Source of the DNA: Octopus vulgaris | Lineage: Eukaryota | NCBI GenBank assembly: GCA_951406725.2 | Contig: OX597815.1 | Coordinates: 85,498,001 to 85,562,000, forward strand | Reading direction: 5' to 3' | DNA: 64,000 nt | Shown: piece by piece, positions 12,824-28,123 of the stretch | How the letters are laid out: every line of letters begins with the position of its first letter | How positions within the stretch are numbered: the stretch's first letter is position 1 | Notes under the pieces: model-generated | The model's input: only the letters and a program-made list of their open reading frames with translations | Told to the model about the DNA's origin: nothing | The model's database searches: none | Translations under genes and position numbers: made by a program

Positions 12824-12956
12824 CTTTTCGACAATTCTTTGGTGGCAGTAATTGACAGAACCCCGCTGTTTCTTAAGCCATCTGTAACTTTAGGAGCTTT
12901 GGAAATGAATATATTATGCATAAATATCGCTGTGTTTTTGCGGACACGATCGACCC
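12824..12956 (-). CDS. Heme peroxidase coding exon 3 (pro-region); absent from the ORF track
   Basis: 133-nt open exon ccaacag|GGGTC...AAAAG|gtaaat encoding (G)VDRVRKNTAIFMHNIFISKAPKVTDGLRNSGVLSITATKELSK(R). Phase 1 in and phase 2 out exactly bridge exons 25124 and 1214. Confidence 0.82.
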
Positions 12957-13069
12957 CTGTTGGATATATAAAAGACTACTTATGGAATGGCAATAACAAC
13001 AGCAATAATAGAATCAAAAACAAAAATACACCGGAAGTCGTGCGGATTACAATAATGGTAACAATTATG

Positions 13070-13182
13070 TAGCAGTAGTATATAAGTATGGTAATGTAGT
13101 AATAGAGTTGATAATGGTAATGTAGTAATAGAGTTGATAATGGTAATGTTCGCAGTTGATAATGGCAATGTTCGCAGTGGTA
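13070..13182. repeat. Short degenerate tandem repeat (~20-26-bp units)
   Basis: atggtaatgtagtaatagagttgata twice, then atgg(t/c)aatgttcgcagt twice. Confidence 0.75.
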
Positions 13183-13189
13183 AAAATGG

Positions 13190-13630
13190 ATACATTGAAA
13201 CTCCGACGTCTGGCAGCTGACTTGGCAAGACACCCATAAAATTATGAACCATCTTACAAACACTAACTCTGAGCCCCTTTTCAAACTCCACCCGTCGAAC
13301 ATCTGTGGACATGTTTACAAAGTCAGAAAACAGCACACCTCCCATGACTTTCGGAAACATTTTTTCATGCTAAGAGTTGCTGAAGTATGGAAAAAAATTC
13401 CGGCATCAGTTGTTATTTGTCGGAGGACTGCATCTTTCAAAACTTCCATGCTTCCTGAAATTCGCCAACACTACACCTGATATTCTCCCCTCCATACACA
13501 CGCCAGCATGCATCTGACTCATACACTGTTCACTTCCCAGACATTTGTACATTACTGCATATGCTTTATACGCACTTTTGACAAGTTGTGGTGCACCTGA
13601 GCGCTGTATACAATAATTTCATTATATTAT
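13190..13630 (+). mobile_element. CR1-group LINE 3' fragment
   Basis: LRRL...THKIMNHLTN...GHVYKVRK...RKHFFMLRVAEVWKKIPASVV is a typical CR1-type ORF2 C-terminus; ends aataatttcattat. Confidence 0.85.
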
Positions 13631-14129
13631 AATGAGAGAATTATATTTCGCTAGTTAGGTATGTTGTTTAGGGAATTAGCAGATGTTCCATAAGAAAGAA
13701 GAGCGTTTAAACATTTATACAATGTCAATGTTGCATTGGTTAAGGCAAAATCGGTGGTTATAAATCCCCCACCCCCACCCAAGAGAAGCAGCAAAACGCT
13801 TCCAGTAAAATATTATCTCTCGACTACAGACGGAAAAGTTAGATAGTTTATTCGATCGGTGATCACGCAACCAATCACAGAAAAGAAACCAACGAGAAAG
13901 CAACAGTGAGGAAAGAAACAGCTGCCCGACTTGGAACGAGTTAAGTACCAGTACATGAAGTGTATCATGAACTGCACTTCTCTATCTGTGACACTAAATA
14001 GTCTTCTTTGCAATCGATTGAAAAACGACACAAGCAGAAACAGATACGTACTTTCTAAAGTACCGGTTTCATTATCATAACAGCATACATATGCACTGAG
14101 TTTGATACACACCCTTGAACATATATACA

Positions 14130-14375
14130 AAAGTAAGAAATATAAGAGAAATCCAAAAGATTGTACTGACAAGTACTGCCCACATCCTTAGAAAAACCTT
14201 ATCTATTTAAATGTAAATGTCCGTGTTATATTTCATGAAGATATTTCACTACTGCCCCTGCTACTTCTCCTCCCCAAGTTTTCTGTCATACTATAGCATC
14301 TCTTACCCTTCACTCGCTTTAGGGTGCTGGGTGTGTGTCTCGGGAAGTGATTGTAACAAACATGCAAATTAAAAG
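14130..14375 (+). mobile_element. R4/Dong-type 3' end remnant
   Basis: KIVLTSTAHILRKTLSI* at about 14157-14210 is homologous to the C-termini of the other REL LINEs. Confidence 0.65.
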
Positions 14376-14459
14376 TAATTAACAACAATAACAACGCCGA
14401 CGACGATGACAACAACAACAACAATAATAACAACAACAAAAATAAAAGCTAACGATAAC

Positions 14460-16310
14460 GGTATGAAAAGGACTAGGACCAATGGTAAAGGTGCCACATC
14501 CGGCAGGCTTCCCACTGTGCAGCAGGGTAGGCCCAGTCGTAATCCAGCCACTGCTAGCCATGCTGCAAGACATAAATGGAATAAACAAGTAAACATGCTG
14601 GTTATGGAGCGTGACTACCTGAGCATCCCAGGGGATGCAAATGACGTGCCAGTCAGAAGGAACAGAAAACGAATGGAAGGCAATGGATCTATTTGAAATT
14701 GCTGAACAAAACTTATGTGACTAAGCACGAGTAATACGAAAGAACGGATGGTTAACTGAATTGGAGCTAGAGACTATTAAAAAAAGGATATCACATGATG
14801 CTGGGAATGCGAGATACGTAAGTGGTATTAATGGAAGAGATGGACAATTGTTCGCAAGAATATACTACTGTGAATCTTGAAAGAATCGAGAATAGTGACT
14901 ATTTAAACAATGAACATAAAATAGTAATAAAAAATGATCTTGGATTTATTGAATACAGAAGAAAGAATTTATGTCCGACTTTAAGAAGGCTACCAAAGGA
15001 GACTAAATCAAGAGACAAGTAAAGTCAATAATGTATTGAGACACATTGAAACAAAGAACATCACACAAACAAATAAACGCTTCAAAGCTGCAAGTAAGAT
15101 TGTGGAAGAAAGGATAGGATTGAGAACTATTAGGAACAGAACATCGACTGATTTCTAAACAACTTTGGTGGAAAGGGAGAATTTCAGAAGATATAAACTT
15201 CCTGAACATTGTAGTGTTAGGAAAAGAAAAGGACAATTGAAGAATGATCGCAAATTTGAAAAATTGAAGAAGTATTACGTAGATACAAAAGGTCTGAATG
15301 TTGTAGTTGAATGACTGAAGCAGAGTATACTTGTCAAAAAAGCAAAGCTAACTAGGTTTGAACAACAGATTAAACAATACCGGCAAAACCAATTATTTAG
15401 AATCTACCAAAAAGATTTTATCAATAAATTAATGATGATATACCGGGCTTTGCAAAATTCCTGTTACACTCGGTTTTGATCTTTCGAGAGGTTAACGTGT
15501 GTGATAGAAAAATTGCCGCCAAACGTACTTAAAGTTCTACTTTTCCAGCACGTGGAAAGGAGAAAAAAATGTAAGGCAGACGCAGAAGACCGGTGGCTAT
15601 AGATGGGGAGGAGCGACCTGAAGATAGAGACAGAAGCAGTTATATGCACAGTACAAGAACAAGCGTTAAGGACTATGTGAAGTGCAGAATCGACAACATT
15701 ACCGAGAGCGACAAATGCAGAATGTGTGGTGAGAGGGGTGAAACAGTATGGCGCATCGTTAGCGAATGCCTGAAATTGGCACAACACGATTACAAAAGAC
15801 GACATGACAATGTGGCAAGAATGATACGAGCAAACCCCTGAGGGAATCACCGAGAATGAAGATTGCAAAATCCTGTGGGATGCAATGATTCAGTGCGATC
15901 ACCTGACCAGACATCGGAAACCGGACATTGTTGTGGTGAATAACAAAGAAAGAACTTGCATGATAATCAACATAGCGTGTCTCGGTGACAACAGGATCAA
16001 AAAGCGAAAGAAGAAAAACTGAACAACTACAACAATTTGAAGTGGGAAATATGAAGGTTGTGGTCAATGAGGAGTGTAGACGTGATACCAATAGTAATTA
16101 GCGCACTTAGAAGTATCAGCACTCAACTACCTACCTGATACAAATGTAAGGAAAGAACACGTACAAAAATCAACATCGCTTGGAACTGTAAGAATTCTTC
16201 GCAGGGTTCTTGAAGCTTGGCCAATAAATAAGGGTTGCCTTAGTCTGCTAGTTGTGGGCAGCTGACACTTTAGATCATACCAAGCAAAATAAGCTGAGAG
16301 TTTTCATCAA
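14460..16310 (+). mobile_element. Internally deleted, degenerate R4/Dong-type LINE
   Basis: N-terminal RHKWNKQVNMLVME; then CRMCGERGETVWRIVSEC, RRHDNVA and WDAMIQCDHLTRHRKPDIVV. No RT core visible between about 15450 and 15590. Ends in (ATA)n. Confidence 0.85.
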
Positions 16311-16336
16311 ATAATAATAATAATAATAATAGAAGG

Positions 16337-16676
16337 AGGAGGAGACGCCCTTCGGTCATGACTGACCATGGGATTGCACCTAGAAAGTTACCCTCCGAGG
16401 CACAAGTCCGAGCAAGGCTGCTTGGGGAAGGCCGGCAGTCGTCCATGCATACCAGCCTCCCCTCTCTACACCACTGATGTTATCGAAGGGAAAGGCAAAG
16501 GCTGATACAGCTTGGTACCAGTAATGTCGCAACTCATTTCTACATCTGAGTTACCTGGAACAACGTGAAATAAAGTGTCTTGCTCAAGAACACAACACGC
16601 AGCCCGGTCCGGGAATCGAACTTACAACCTCACAATCGTAAGCTCGACGCTCTAACCACTGAGCCATGCGCCTTCA
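16337..16676 (-). mobile_element. tRNA-headed SINE family D (CORE-like)
   Basis: Head gaaggcgcatggctcagtggttagagcg...agttcgattcccggacc followed by CORE-like gtgttcttgagcaagacacttt. Confidence 0.85.
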
Positions 16677-16680
16677 TAAT

Positions 16681-16764
<84 letters not shown>

Positions 16765-16765
<1 letters not shown>

Positions 16766-18577
16766 TTCTGCATAGCCCTAATACCCCTTACAAGTGAATT
16801 AAACAGAACAGAGTATGGGTATAAAATTGCCAATAAAAAAATAAGCCATCTATTTTATATGGATGACTTAAAACTTTATGGTAAAGACAATAATGAACTT
16901 GAAGGCCTATTGCGCACCGTGAAAGCATTCAGCGGTGACATCGGGATGGAGTTTGGACTTGAGAAGTGTGCCAAGGCCACTTTCCAGAAAGGGAAAGTGA
17001 AGACCACAAATTCAGTCGTGTTAGATGTTGACACAGTCATAAGAGAGCTTGAGCAAGAACAAACATACAAATATTTAGGGATAAATGAAGGCTCTGGTAT
17101 TCAGCATGCAAGCATGAAAGAGAAGATCAGGAAGGAATGTTATAGGAGAGTTCGTGCAGTCCTGAAATCTGAACTAAATGCACGTAGCAAGGTGTTAGCT
17201 ATAAATTCCTTAGCAGTTCCAGTTGTTACTTATATCTACAATGTGTTGAACTGGAATATGAGTGAAGTAAAGAATATAGATAGGAAAATACGCAAGCTGC
17301 TGAGTTGTAATAGGATGCACCACCCAAAGGCAGACGTAGATCGCCTTTACCTTCCCAGAGCCCAAGGAGGTCGAGGCCTGATCCAATTTGAACTAGCTTA
17401 CAAAACAACCACAATTGGACTGGCCAAATATCTCGAAATATCGAATGACTGGATGCTAAAGCTCGTGGAAAATCACGAGAGACGAAAGAAGCTTCATTCT
17501 ATCATAAAGGAAAACAAAAAATGTGCTATTGATCTCGTGCAGGATACCCAAACTGAACAACCCGAGGGAAGTACGGCAACTATTGTTGCAAAGAAGGTGA
17601 AAATGATGGCAATGAAAAAAGCGCACGAGCAATTGGCTGATAGGTGGGAGGAGAAACCTCTGCACGGCAAATATGTGACCCGCAGCAAACAAGCTGATGT
17701 TGACCAGAAGCAAACCCATCAGTGGCTACGGAGCTCAGGGCTAAAAGCAGAGAGCGAAGGTTTCATCCTGGCTGCTCAAGATCAAAGCCTATTAACCCGG
17801 AACTACCAGGCCAATGTGATGAAAAATGGAGCAGACCCAAAATGCCGATTCTGCAACGACATGATTGAAACAGTGGACCACCTAATCTCTGGATGTAAAG
17901 TCTTAGCACCAGTGGAGTATAAATTAAGACATGACAGAGTTGGCCAATATCTCCACTGGCTAATAAGTCGGCATTACAATATCAAAACTGCCGACAAGTG
18001 GTATAATCACCACCCTGAGGCTGTAACTGAAGGAGAAAATGTAACCATTCTGTGGGACTTTCCAGTACATACAGACCGAACCATCAAGGCCAATAAACCA
18101 GATATTGTTGTGAAAGACCAAAACAATAAAGTTTGCTTATTGATCGACATGAGTATCCCCTGTGATCATAATATCTCAGCGAAAGAGTTTGACAAGCTCA
18201 GAAAATATAAAGACCTACTCATTGAAATTGAGAAAATGTGGCATCTCAAGGCGGTTACAATACCAGTGATCGTAGGAGCACTAGGAATGATCAAGAAGGG
18301 AACCGAAAATTATATGAGAATGATCCCTGGCTTACCATCCCTGCAAGAAGTGCAAAAGATTGTCTTAACTGGTACATCACACGTATTGAGAAGAGCATTG
18401 TCGATGTGAGAACTGTTGCTGCTCATGTATTTTAATTTAACTTAAAAAAAAAAAAAATGAACGAACTACTGAGTTTGGTTTAATGGCCTACCAATGTATA
18501 CTATGAGTTTCTTTGCCCTAGGAGTCGGGAAGACACTCGGCAAGAAATGGAAGCAAATTTGAAAGAAGAAAAAAAAA

Positions 18578-18578
<1 letters not shown>
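16765..18578 (+). mobile_element. Young 5'-truncated R4/Dong LINE, third subfamily, uninterrupted ORF
   Basis: About 547 open codons from FCIALIPL through FYMDDLKLY, CRFC...ETVDHLISGC and NKPDIVV...LIDMS...KYKDL to the stop at 18409. (TAA)n on both sides. Confidence 0.95.
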
Positions 18579-18635
<57 letters not shown>

Positions 18636-18636
<1 letters not shown>

Positions 18637-18725
18637 TTTTACTGGAAGTACAAGGCCTCAAATTTGGTGGGAGAGGGAACTAGTCGATTAAATCGACCCC
18701 AGTATTCGACTGGTTCTTAATCTAT
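18636..18725 (-). mobile_element. SINE family A 3' fragment
   Basis: caaggcctcaaattt...agtcgattaaatcgaccccagt matches the tail of the 7127 copy. Confidence 0.7.
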
Positions 18726-18877
18726 CCAAACAAATAAAAGAGCAAAGAGAGAGTGCACACATACTACTTAAAGCACTTTCAATACCCAAAGCACACACAG
18801 ACCTGCGTTCGGTAGTGTAGTGAAGGCACGTGATAAAAATAAGACTACGGAAGAAGAAGAAGAACAACAACATCAGC

Positions 18878-18953
<76 letters not shown>

Positions 18954-19525
18954 GTTATAATAGTAATATTAATGATATTAACGATATATTATGAATAACA
19001 CAAGTAACAATAACAATATCAACAACAACGTCAATCTTAGTAGAAAGTTTCCAATTTTGCCTTGTTAGCCATGCAACAGCAAAACATCATCAACGAAAAA
19101 CAAGAAGCAAAATCAGACAAAAACAGTAAAAATAATCGTGTTTTTCAGTTCCAGATGTTGCTGTTGATGTTGCCAAATTAAATGAAGTTATTTCACACGA
19201 AATCTATCCAAATAAAAATATGGCTATTGTTCTGTCAAACTTGAAAGTTTGATAAGGAATTAATTAAATTATACTCACATCAATAGAATCAGAACCAAAA
19301 CCTAACGTGATAAGGGAACAAATTTAAGAGATTTTAGTTTTCAATTAATCTTTGTTTTGCGATTTAACGTTTAATTTTTGCGCCCCCAAAATAACATGAC
19401 GAGAAATTCGTTTGAAAGGTTTCGGTACAGCATTTCTTAAGCCATTGTCTTCAGGCATAGCCTCTGAGAATAAAGCACAGTTTAAATAAACAGATATCTA
19501 TCTTCTTGCCATCAAACTTTAGTTC

Positions 19526-21648
<2,123 letters not shown>

Positions 21649-21786
21649 TATGTATAAAACTTCTTGTATAAGTTTTTACCGAATATGGTTCTTTTTCATA
21701 CCGAAACTACTTGGTGAAATTTATTAATTATAAATTAATAATTTTTTACCCTATATCTATAATGATATATATATAATCACACGCGT

Positions 21787-21882
<96 letters not shown>

Positions 21883-22529
21883 ACTTTATTAGCTATCATT
21901 TTGGGAGTTATGGTCAATTCGATTCATGAACAACAAGATATATAACATGCCTATCTCATCAAATGCTAGGAGCAGAGTGGGAATTTTGAGAAGAATTCAG
22001 GATGTATTATGGTGTTTGGTTATAACTGAGGCTGCATGACCAGCCTGGGTAGACTGTAGTCTATACTGGCGACAGAGATGAAATATTTCCCTTTTGTGTA
22101 GAACAGTTAGGATTGTCAGCTGCCGGTAGCATGAAGTTTATTAACAGAGTACATCTCTGGTGGCAATAATAGGATAATTTTGTTCCTATTGACAGATACT
22201 GCGGGTTGGCGGAGTATGAGTTATCTTTTGCAAAGACAGGTTTGGCAATTGCGGGTTTCAGGTGAGTAAGGAGGTGTCTCTGTCAGTGATACTTGATTTG
22301 ATATTATGGAAGTCATTTTGATCGTCACGGAGTCTCCAGATTAAGTGGGATTGTGAGGTAGAGTTTCCCTATCCTTGTACTTGAAGGTGTACATGAGCTT
22401 GTATACCTTTCCTTAAATTTATTAACTGTCATGATCGCATAGTGTCTTGTGAGCTGGCAGTTGGTAAGATGTCAACAGTTACAAGTTGGGGTGTGGGCTG
22501 GAGGCTGTGTAGATATAATTTCAAGAATA

Positions 22530-22720
22530 TTATCCAACTAAGCAAGATTCATCAAAGCAGCAACATTATACAATGAAGTTCTTAAAGCGAGTGGTTTTAA
22601 AAACAGAGAACACATCCAGTTCTATAGAAACAAATCATAAACGAAGCAAAACCAGAAAAGAAAAAAAAATCACCTTGGTCACCACACTTTTCAATCTAAA
22701 CGTTGCGACAAATGTGGTCT
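22530..22720 (+). mobile_element. Penelope-like element fragment (RT thumb/linker)
   Basis: FIKAATLYNEVLKASGF...KRKKIT...FNLNVATNV resembles the conserved PLE YNxALxxSG...RKRxIIWFNPPF segment. Confidence 0.6.
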
Positions 22721-23460
22721 AAAACTGCGAAGCCGACTAAGGAAAAATAAAACAACCAACAAACTAGTAAATGAAACGACTACAATCATAGACAAGGCCT
22801 TAATAAAACAACAGTGGAAGCCGGTCGGTGGAAACGATAGCCATATATGAAAGGATGAGTCCACTGTGATTTATACGAAACGAAGATGAATGCTGGAAGA
22901 AGGTTATTCCCGTTCGAAGATCATATTAACGTGTAATTCGAGTCAAGAGAAAAAGAATTTAGTTCACATGTGCAATATACTGTTCACCATATTCCTAACG
23001 ACTCTTGAACGTGCCATTTTCAACGTAGTAAAGCCAATTGGGTCCCTAATTGTCTTATTTACTTTTACAAGATTTTCCCATTATGTATCAGAATAGGCGT
23101 GTAACATTGTTAACAGCCTTAGAAAATGAATTCGTTTAAAAATTATGAAAACGTTAATCCATATGAAAGCTACTTCATTTTAATGAAGTTTAATGCTTAC
23201 TCTGAGGTTTGAACGAAAAATACATTAAAAACGGCAACTATGTGTAGGATATGGAAGAAAATCTTAAAGAGAAAGAAAATCTTGTGACAAGTGGGATTTA
23301 CTGTCGCACACACGTCTAAATTTATTTCTATCTACACTTAATTTAAAATATTGTTAACGAAACCACCTGCATTCCAACACAAATACTTTTGTGAAATTCA
23401 TCTACCTTCCAATACACTTGCCGAAGCAGCAAGTTCTTGAACATCTTCAATAAATGTGTA

Positions 23461-23698
23461 GCCCCTTGTGGGTAGTAAAGAAATAGGTATATATGTCAGT
23501 AGAAAACTTAACACATGCACCATAATTTGATGAGCCGCAAAGCTTAGTCGATCTAACAACTGAACGCTCATCGGTCGGTGTCGATGATGAGCGTTCAGTT
23601 GTTAGATCAACTAAGCTTTGCTGCTCATCAAATTATGGTGCATGTGTTGAGTTTTCTACTGACACATATACCTATTTCTTTACTACCCACAAGGGGCT
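23461..23698. repeat. Inverted repeat (arms ~112 bp) overlapping a SINE end
   Basis: 23461-23572 is the reverse complement of about 23586-23698, with few mismatches. Confidence 0.9.
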
Positions 23699-23902
23699 GC
23701 ACACAGAGGGGACAAACAAGGACAGACAAACGGATTAAGTCGATTACATCGACCCCAGTGCGTATCTGGTACTTAAATTATCAACCCCGAAAGGATGAAA
23801 GGCAAAGTCGACCTCGGCGGAATTTGAACTCAGAACGTAACGGCAGACGAAATACGGCTACGCATTTCGCCCGGCGTGCTAATGTTTCTGCCAGCTCGCC
23901 GC
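23673..23902 (-). mobile_element. SINE family A with 10-bp TSD
   Basis: Full head and body. TSD cacatatacc at 23663-23672 and 23903-23912. Confidence 0.9.
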
Positions 23903-23917
23903 CACATATACCCTTAA

Positions 23918-24446
23918 CCCCTTGATGCCGGTATTACCCGAAGCATGCGTGACACTGCTCCGCTTTTTTTTTTTATCTAATGAGGCCACACAAACACACA
24001 AGTGCCAACGGGCTCGCGTCTATTTATGTTCACTGTTACAATAACATAACGCCGTACATTTACGTCTACCGGTTTATGAAATAGCGCCGTACATTTACGT
24101 CTATTGGTTTATGAAAACGAACTATGTGAAGCTATTGCTCAAGTTAAAAAAATAGCTTGCGTGTGGTACAACTCAAAATACGGTATCATGCATGTAAAGT
24201 ATCCGCAATCATTGGTCTACTGCTAGTCTCATGATTGGAACGTAACCTGAAATAGCTAAGATAATGCACGGGACGGCGGTCGCGCACACCTGAAGAGATA
24301 AAGTACACGATAGCGAATGTGAACATACGTCAACCGCTAAAAAGTCCGTGATAGATGTAGGGCAGCTCTACATCGTATATTTACGTTAACCGCAGGTAGG
24401 CAAGCAAAAGTGTGATCGCATATTTGCGTCAAACGTTGTCAAGGAG
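23918..24446. mobile_element. Non-autonomous piggyBac-like element
   Basis: TTAA at 23914-23917 and 24447-24450; termini CCCCTTGA...TCAAGGAG; internal repeats cgccgtacatttacgtcta twice plus related variants. Confidence 0.7.
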
Positions 24447-25023
24447 TTAACAGGGTTCTCAGGCAGAATCAGCTTGGAAAGGTGAGAATTTCAATGACAA
24501 ATACATTCGATCCGAAGGGCTTCCGCAGTTTTCATCTGCTTAGTTTCATTGACAAGGTTTGATCGACCTGAAGCTGTGGTTAGATATACGTGTTTAAGGG
24601 GTCACTCAGTGGGATCAAGCTCAGGATTTTATGGTTGCAAAGCGAAGTTTTTAACCACACTGTTATGCTTGTATCCACAAGGGATCAATGATCTAACAAA
24701 CTACAACATGCAGACTAGGGCTTACATTACGTACATTGAAAAGCTAACTACACGCAGAGCATGTAACACTAAAATGCACAGCATTTTAAGTACATACCTA
24801 TGAAATAGCAGCAATAATTGCTCCCAAAACAACAACAATAATTACAACAACCATCACCACCACAACAACAATATCAGCAACAACAAAAACAACAACAAAA
24901 GCAACAGCATCAACAATGGCAACAGTAACACGACCATCAACAACGACAAATCATTATAATATTTAACAAGACTAATAATTTTGTGAGAGAGGGGGGAGAA
25001 AGAGGGTGAGTGGGTGAGTGAGT

Positions 25024-25093
<70 letters not shown>

Positions 25094-25123
25094 AAAACAA
25101 ATGTGTAAACATCAGTAACTTAC

Positions 25124-25416
25124 CTAGGTTAAAGAAGAAACGATCTTCTTGGTTCTTCCTGGCTAAAACTTCCCTGGCCCTCTGGTCAGCCACTCGAACG
25201 TCGTTTTGTGTTATACGTTGCCGAAGATTGTTTTTCTCTCGGTCGCTTGCTGGTCTGCTTACTCCGGCACGAGACCGAGCTCCGGCAGCGCTTAGTGAAC
25301 TTCTTGCAAAGACGGAATTCCATTGTGCTAGACAGACTATGTTGAGTGTTACAGTTAAACTGACCGCTGTCCAACATATCAAGCACAACCAACTGAAATT
25401 GTCGTAAGAAGACCAA
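25124..25416 (-). CDS. Heme peroxidase coding exon 2 (signal peptide/anchor and pro-region)
   Basis: Open frame WSSYDNFSWLCLICWTAVSLTVTLNIVCLAQWNSVFA...DRFFFNL(G) with a hydrophobic N-terminal segment. Strong donor G|GTAAGT at 25123. Acceptor at 25418-25417, or an in-frame alternative at 25394-25393. Confidence 0.78.
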
Positions 25417-27952
25417 CTGAATAATATATTAGAATTAAGCTACATAAAGTTAAAGGTCAGAATAGGCTAAACAAGGCTAAAGGTCAGAATTAGACTAAAT
25501 AACGTGACCAGGTAGGTTAAAAAAGGTCGCTAGTTAGGATAAAGTCTCCAAAGATTCCAATTAGTCTAGATAAAAGAACTAATTAGGCTATTAAAGTATA
25601 TAATTAGGAGAAGTAAGACGACGAGCTAGACTAAATAAGGTCACTAATTAGGCTGGCGGAGGTCAGTAATTTTGTTAAATAAAATTGTAATTACACTGAC
25701 CACAAACTCTTCAAATATTAGGTGTTTAGTAGTTAATTATGTTAAGAACAACGCTGCATATAAATTAATTCTTTATATGACAGCACATAATATTGTTGTA
25801 ATGTGATTGCCGAGGTTATTAGCCAAATGAAAAATATGAGGCAAACAAAAAGTAAGAGATCTGTACGATCGTTATCATAGCGCTCCTAGCATCTCGACAT
25901 CTCATCAGATTCGATGCAGCTAAGTTGATATGTTGAATTAATTAGCTTATTTACTGAATACCATCTTAATTAATGTTATTTATTTATTATCAGACTTATG
26001 CCAACGCTGGTTGAAAAATGGCGTCTTTCTATGAAATTGTTTATAATTTAAATAGAGATATTGAGAAATAAGCCGTTCATTTTAAACATAGGTAAACAAT
26101 ATACTGGAGTCATTTAAGTAGATAAAGAATCTTTCTCACAGGAGGAAAGGCATAAAGGGTTGTACAGATCCATACCAAGGACATTAAAAACATTAATGGA
26201 AGAATATTCAGCTTCTAGCATAAATCGAATTTGAGATAATTACTTTCACTATTGTAAACCTTTTACATTGTTCGAGCCAAACTGGAAGCCTCTTTGTAAT
26301 CGCTCAGCCTGTAAGTAACTGCAAGTAATAGCTGCCAGTTGTACTTCAAATTGTCGTGTAAGTAACGGGAGAGCCACTTTCTTTGATGAAGTCATGTAAG
26401 ACGGTTGTGGCAGAAGCATTTTTTGGTCAGGCACTCAGTTCAGTGCTGACCTGAGGTTCACAATGTCAGCAACAACTTCTACATTATTGGTTCGTTAAGC
26501 TAATAATCATCATCAGTGGGTGGTGGAGATAGTAGTGGTTGTGGTGATCTAACCACGACGAGGTGCCAGAAACGGTAGCGCACTGGACTGTTTTTCAGTA
26601 CGAATACCTCTCGCTTCTACGTTGATCTGGCCTATTGATTCCTCGTGGGTAGGATCAATAAACATGTGTACAGCCATCTAATGGAATCAACTCAATCGTC
26701 TATGACCCCCGCCACCCAATCTATATTACTCAGATTTCACTTTATGTTTATGTAAGAAATTATCGATCGTATTTTATTGTGGTTGCTGTTTAGTCACTAA
26801 GCCAGCCCCAACTAATTAAACCAATGGTCAAAGACATTCCACTTATGGCCATCATATTGCTTTTCCCATATTATATATAGTAGACTACTTTATACAATGT
26901 ATGTTCCCTCTTTTAAATTACACTTTGGATGATGTCCCAGAAATACAATATACATTAGGGTGTAATTTCAGAAAGAGTTAGTTCTCATTTCTTCAATGTG
27001 TCATTCCTTCATTAAAACGGTGAGGTGTAACTTGAAGTAGTGTTGGCTTATTTCTAACAGGATGGCTGTCGTTGGTTAAGTGGTGTTAGTGTTGTTGTTA
27101 TTAGTAGAAGTGAAAACTGATAAAGCAACTATATTAGCAAACTAACGAGTTAATTATTCGAAATAACATCACGTCCCCAAAAAGTTAACAGTAAAATGAA
27201 ATCCACACTATTAGAGGCTAACTCTTAGTTTACAACATAAAAGGAAAGTAGGACAAATCTAGCTGCTTCACCAGTAACCCAGCCAGATTTAACTGCAGCA
27301 CGGCATCTAAGCCAATGGATATGAATATTTAAGATATTTACAGGAACGACCTATAACAGGAAAAAAAAGAACAAATTCTACCGCGGGAGTCGAACAACAT
27401 AAAGTTTTGCCAAGTTATTTTGTCAGGTTAGCACTTATCGACGCTTTTACTAATACAAACTAACGGCACTACTTCACCTCAAGGTAATTTCGTAGACCTT
27501 CAACTACCAGAAGATTGATTGCCCATATGCATACTTGTCTTGTGGTTAAAATCTTAATAATTCCCATTATAGTTAATTGCTATTCATAACCCCACCATGC
27601 CTTTAATTGTATGATACTGAACCGAACTGTGTGATATAGCTGTGGGTTGCTTTCTCTGTGGTGGATAAGTTGCTACAAAGTTCTCTGTGAGCATCTTGTA
27701 CTAAGATTTAAGGTAGTGCTGTTAATTTACAATAGTGAAACGTTTGTAAATGGTAATTTGATATTCTAATTTGGTTGAATTTATTTGATGTAATAGGTAG
27801 CATTCAACATTTAGTTTAAATCTATAGGATTAGAATCTTTTGTCATAGTTCGTGCTCATAAATGCCTCACACACTCATACACCCACATACATACACATAT
27901 ATATATATATAAGTGTATGCATGTATGCACATATATATACATAAATATATAA

Positions 27953-27997
<45 letters not shown>

Positions 27998-28052
27998 TAA
28001 ACATACACACCTACATATATATATATATATACATACACACACACACATATAC

Positions 28053-28120
<68 letters not shown>

Positions 28121-28123
<3 letters not shown>

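Noticed and set aside
16580-16764. N-terminal extension of the 609-aa ORF
   Set aside because: Read-through of an antisense SINE head and (ACA)n/(ATA)n repeats, not element or host protein.
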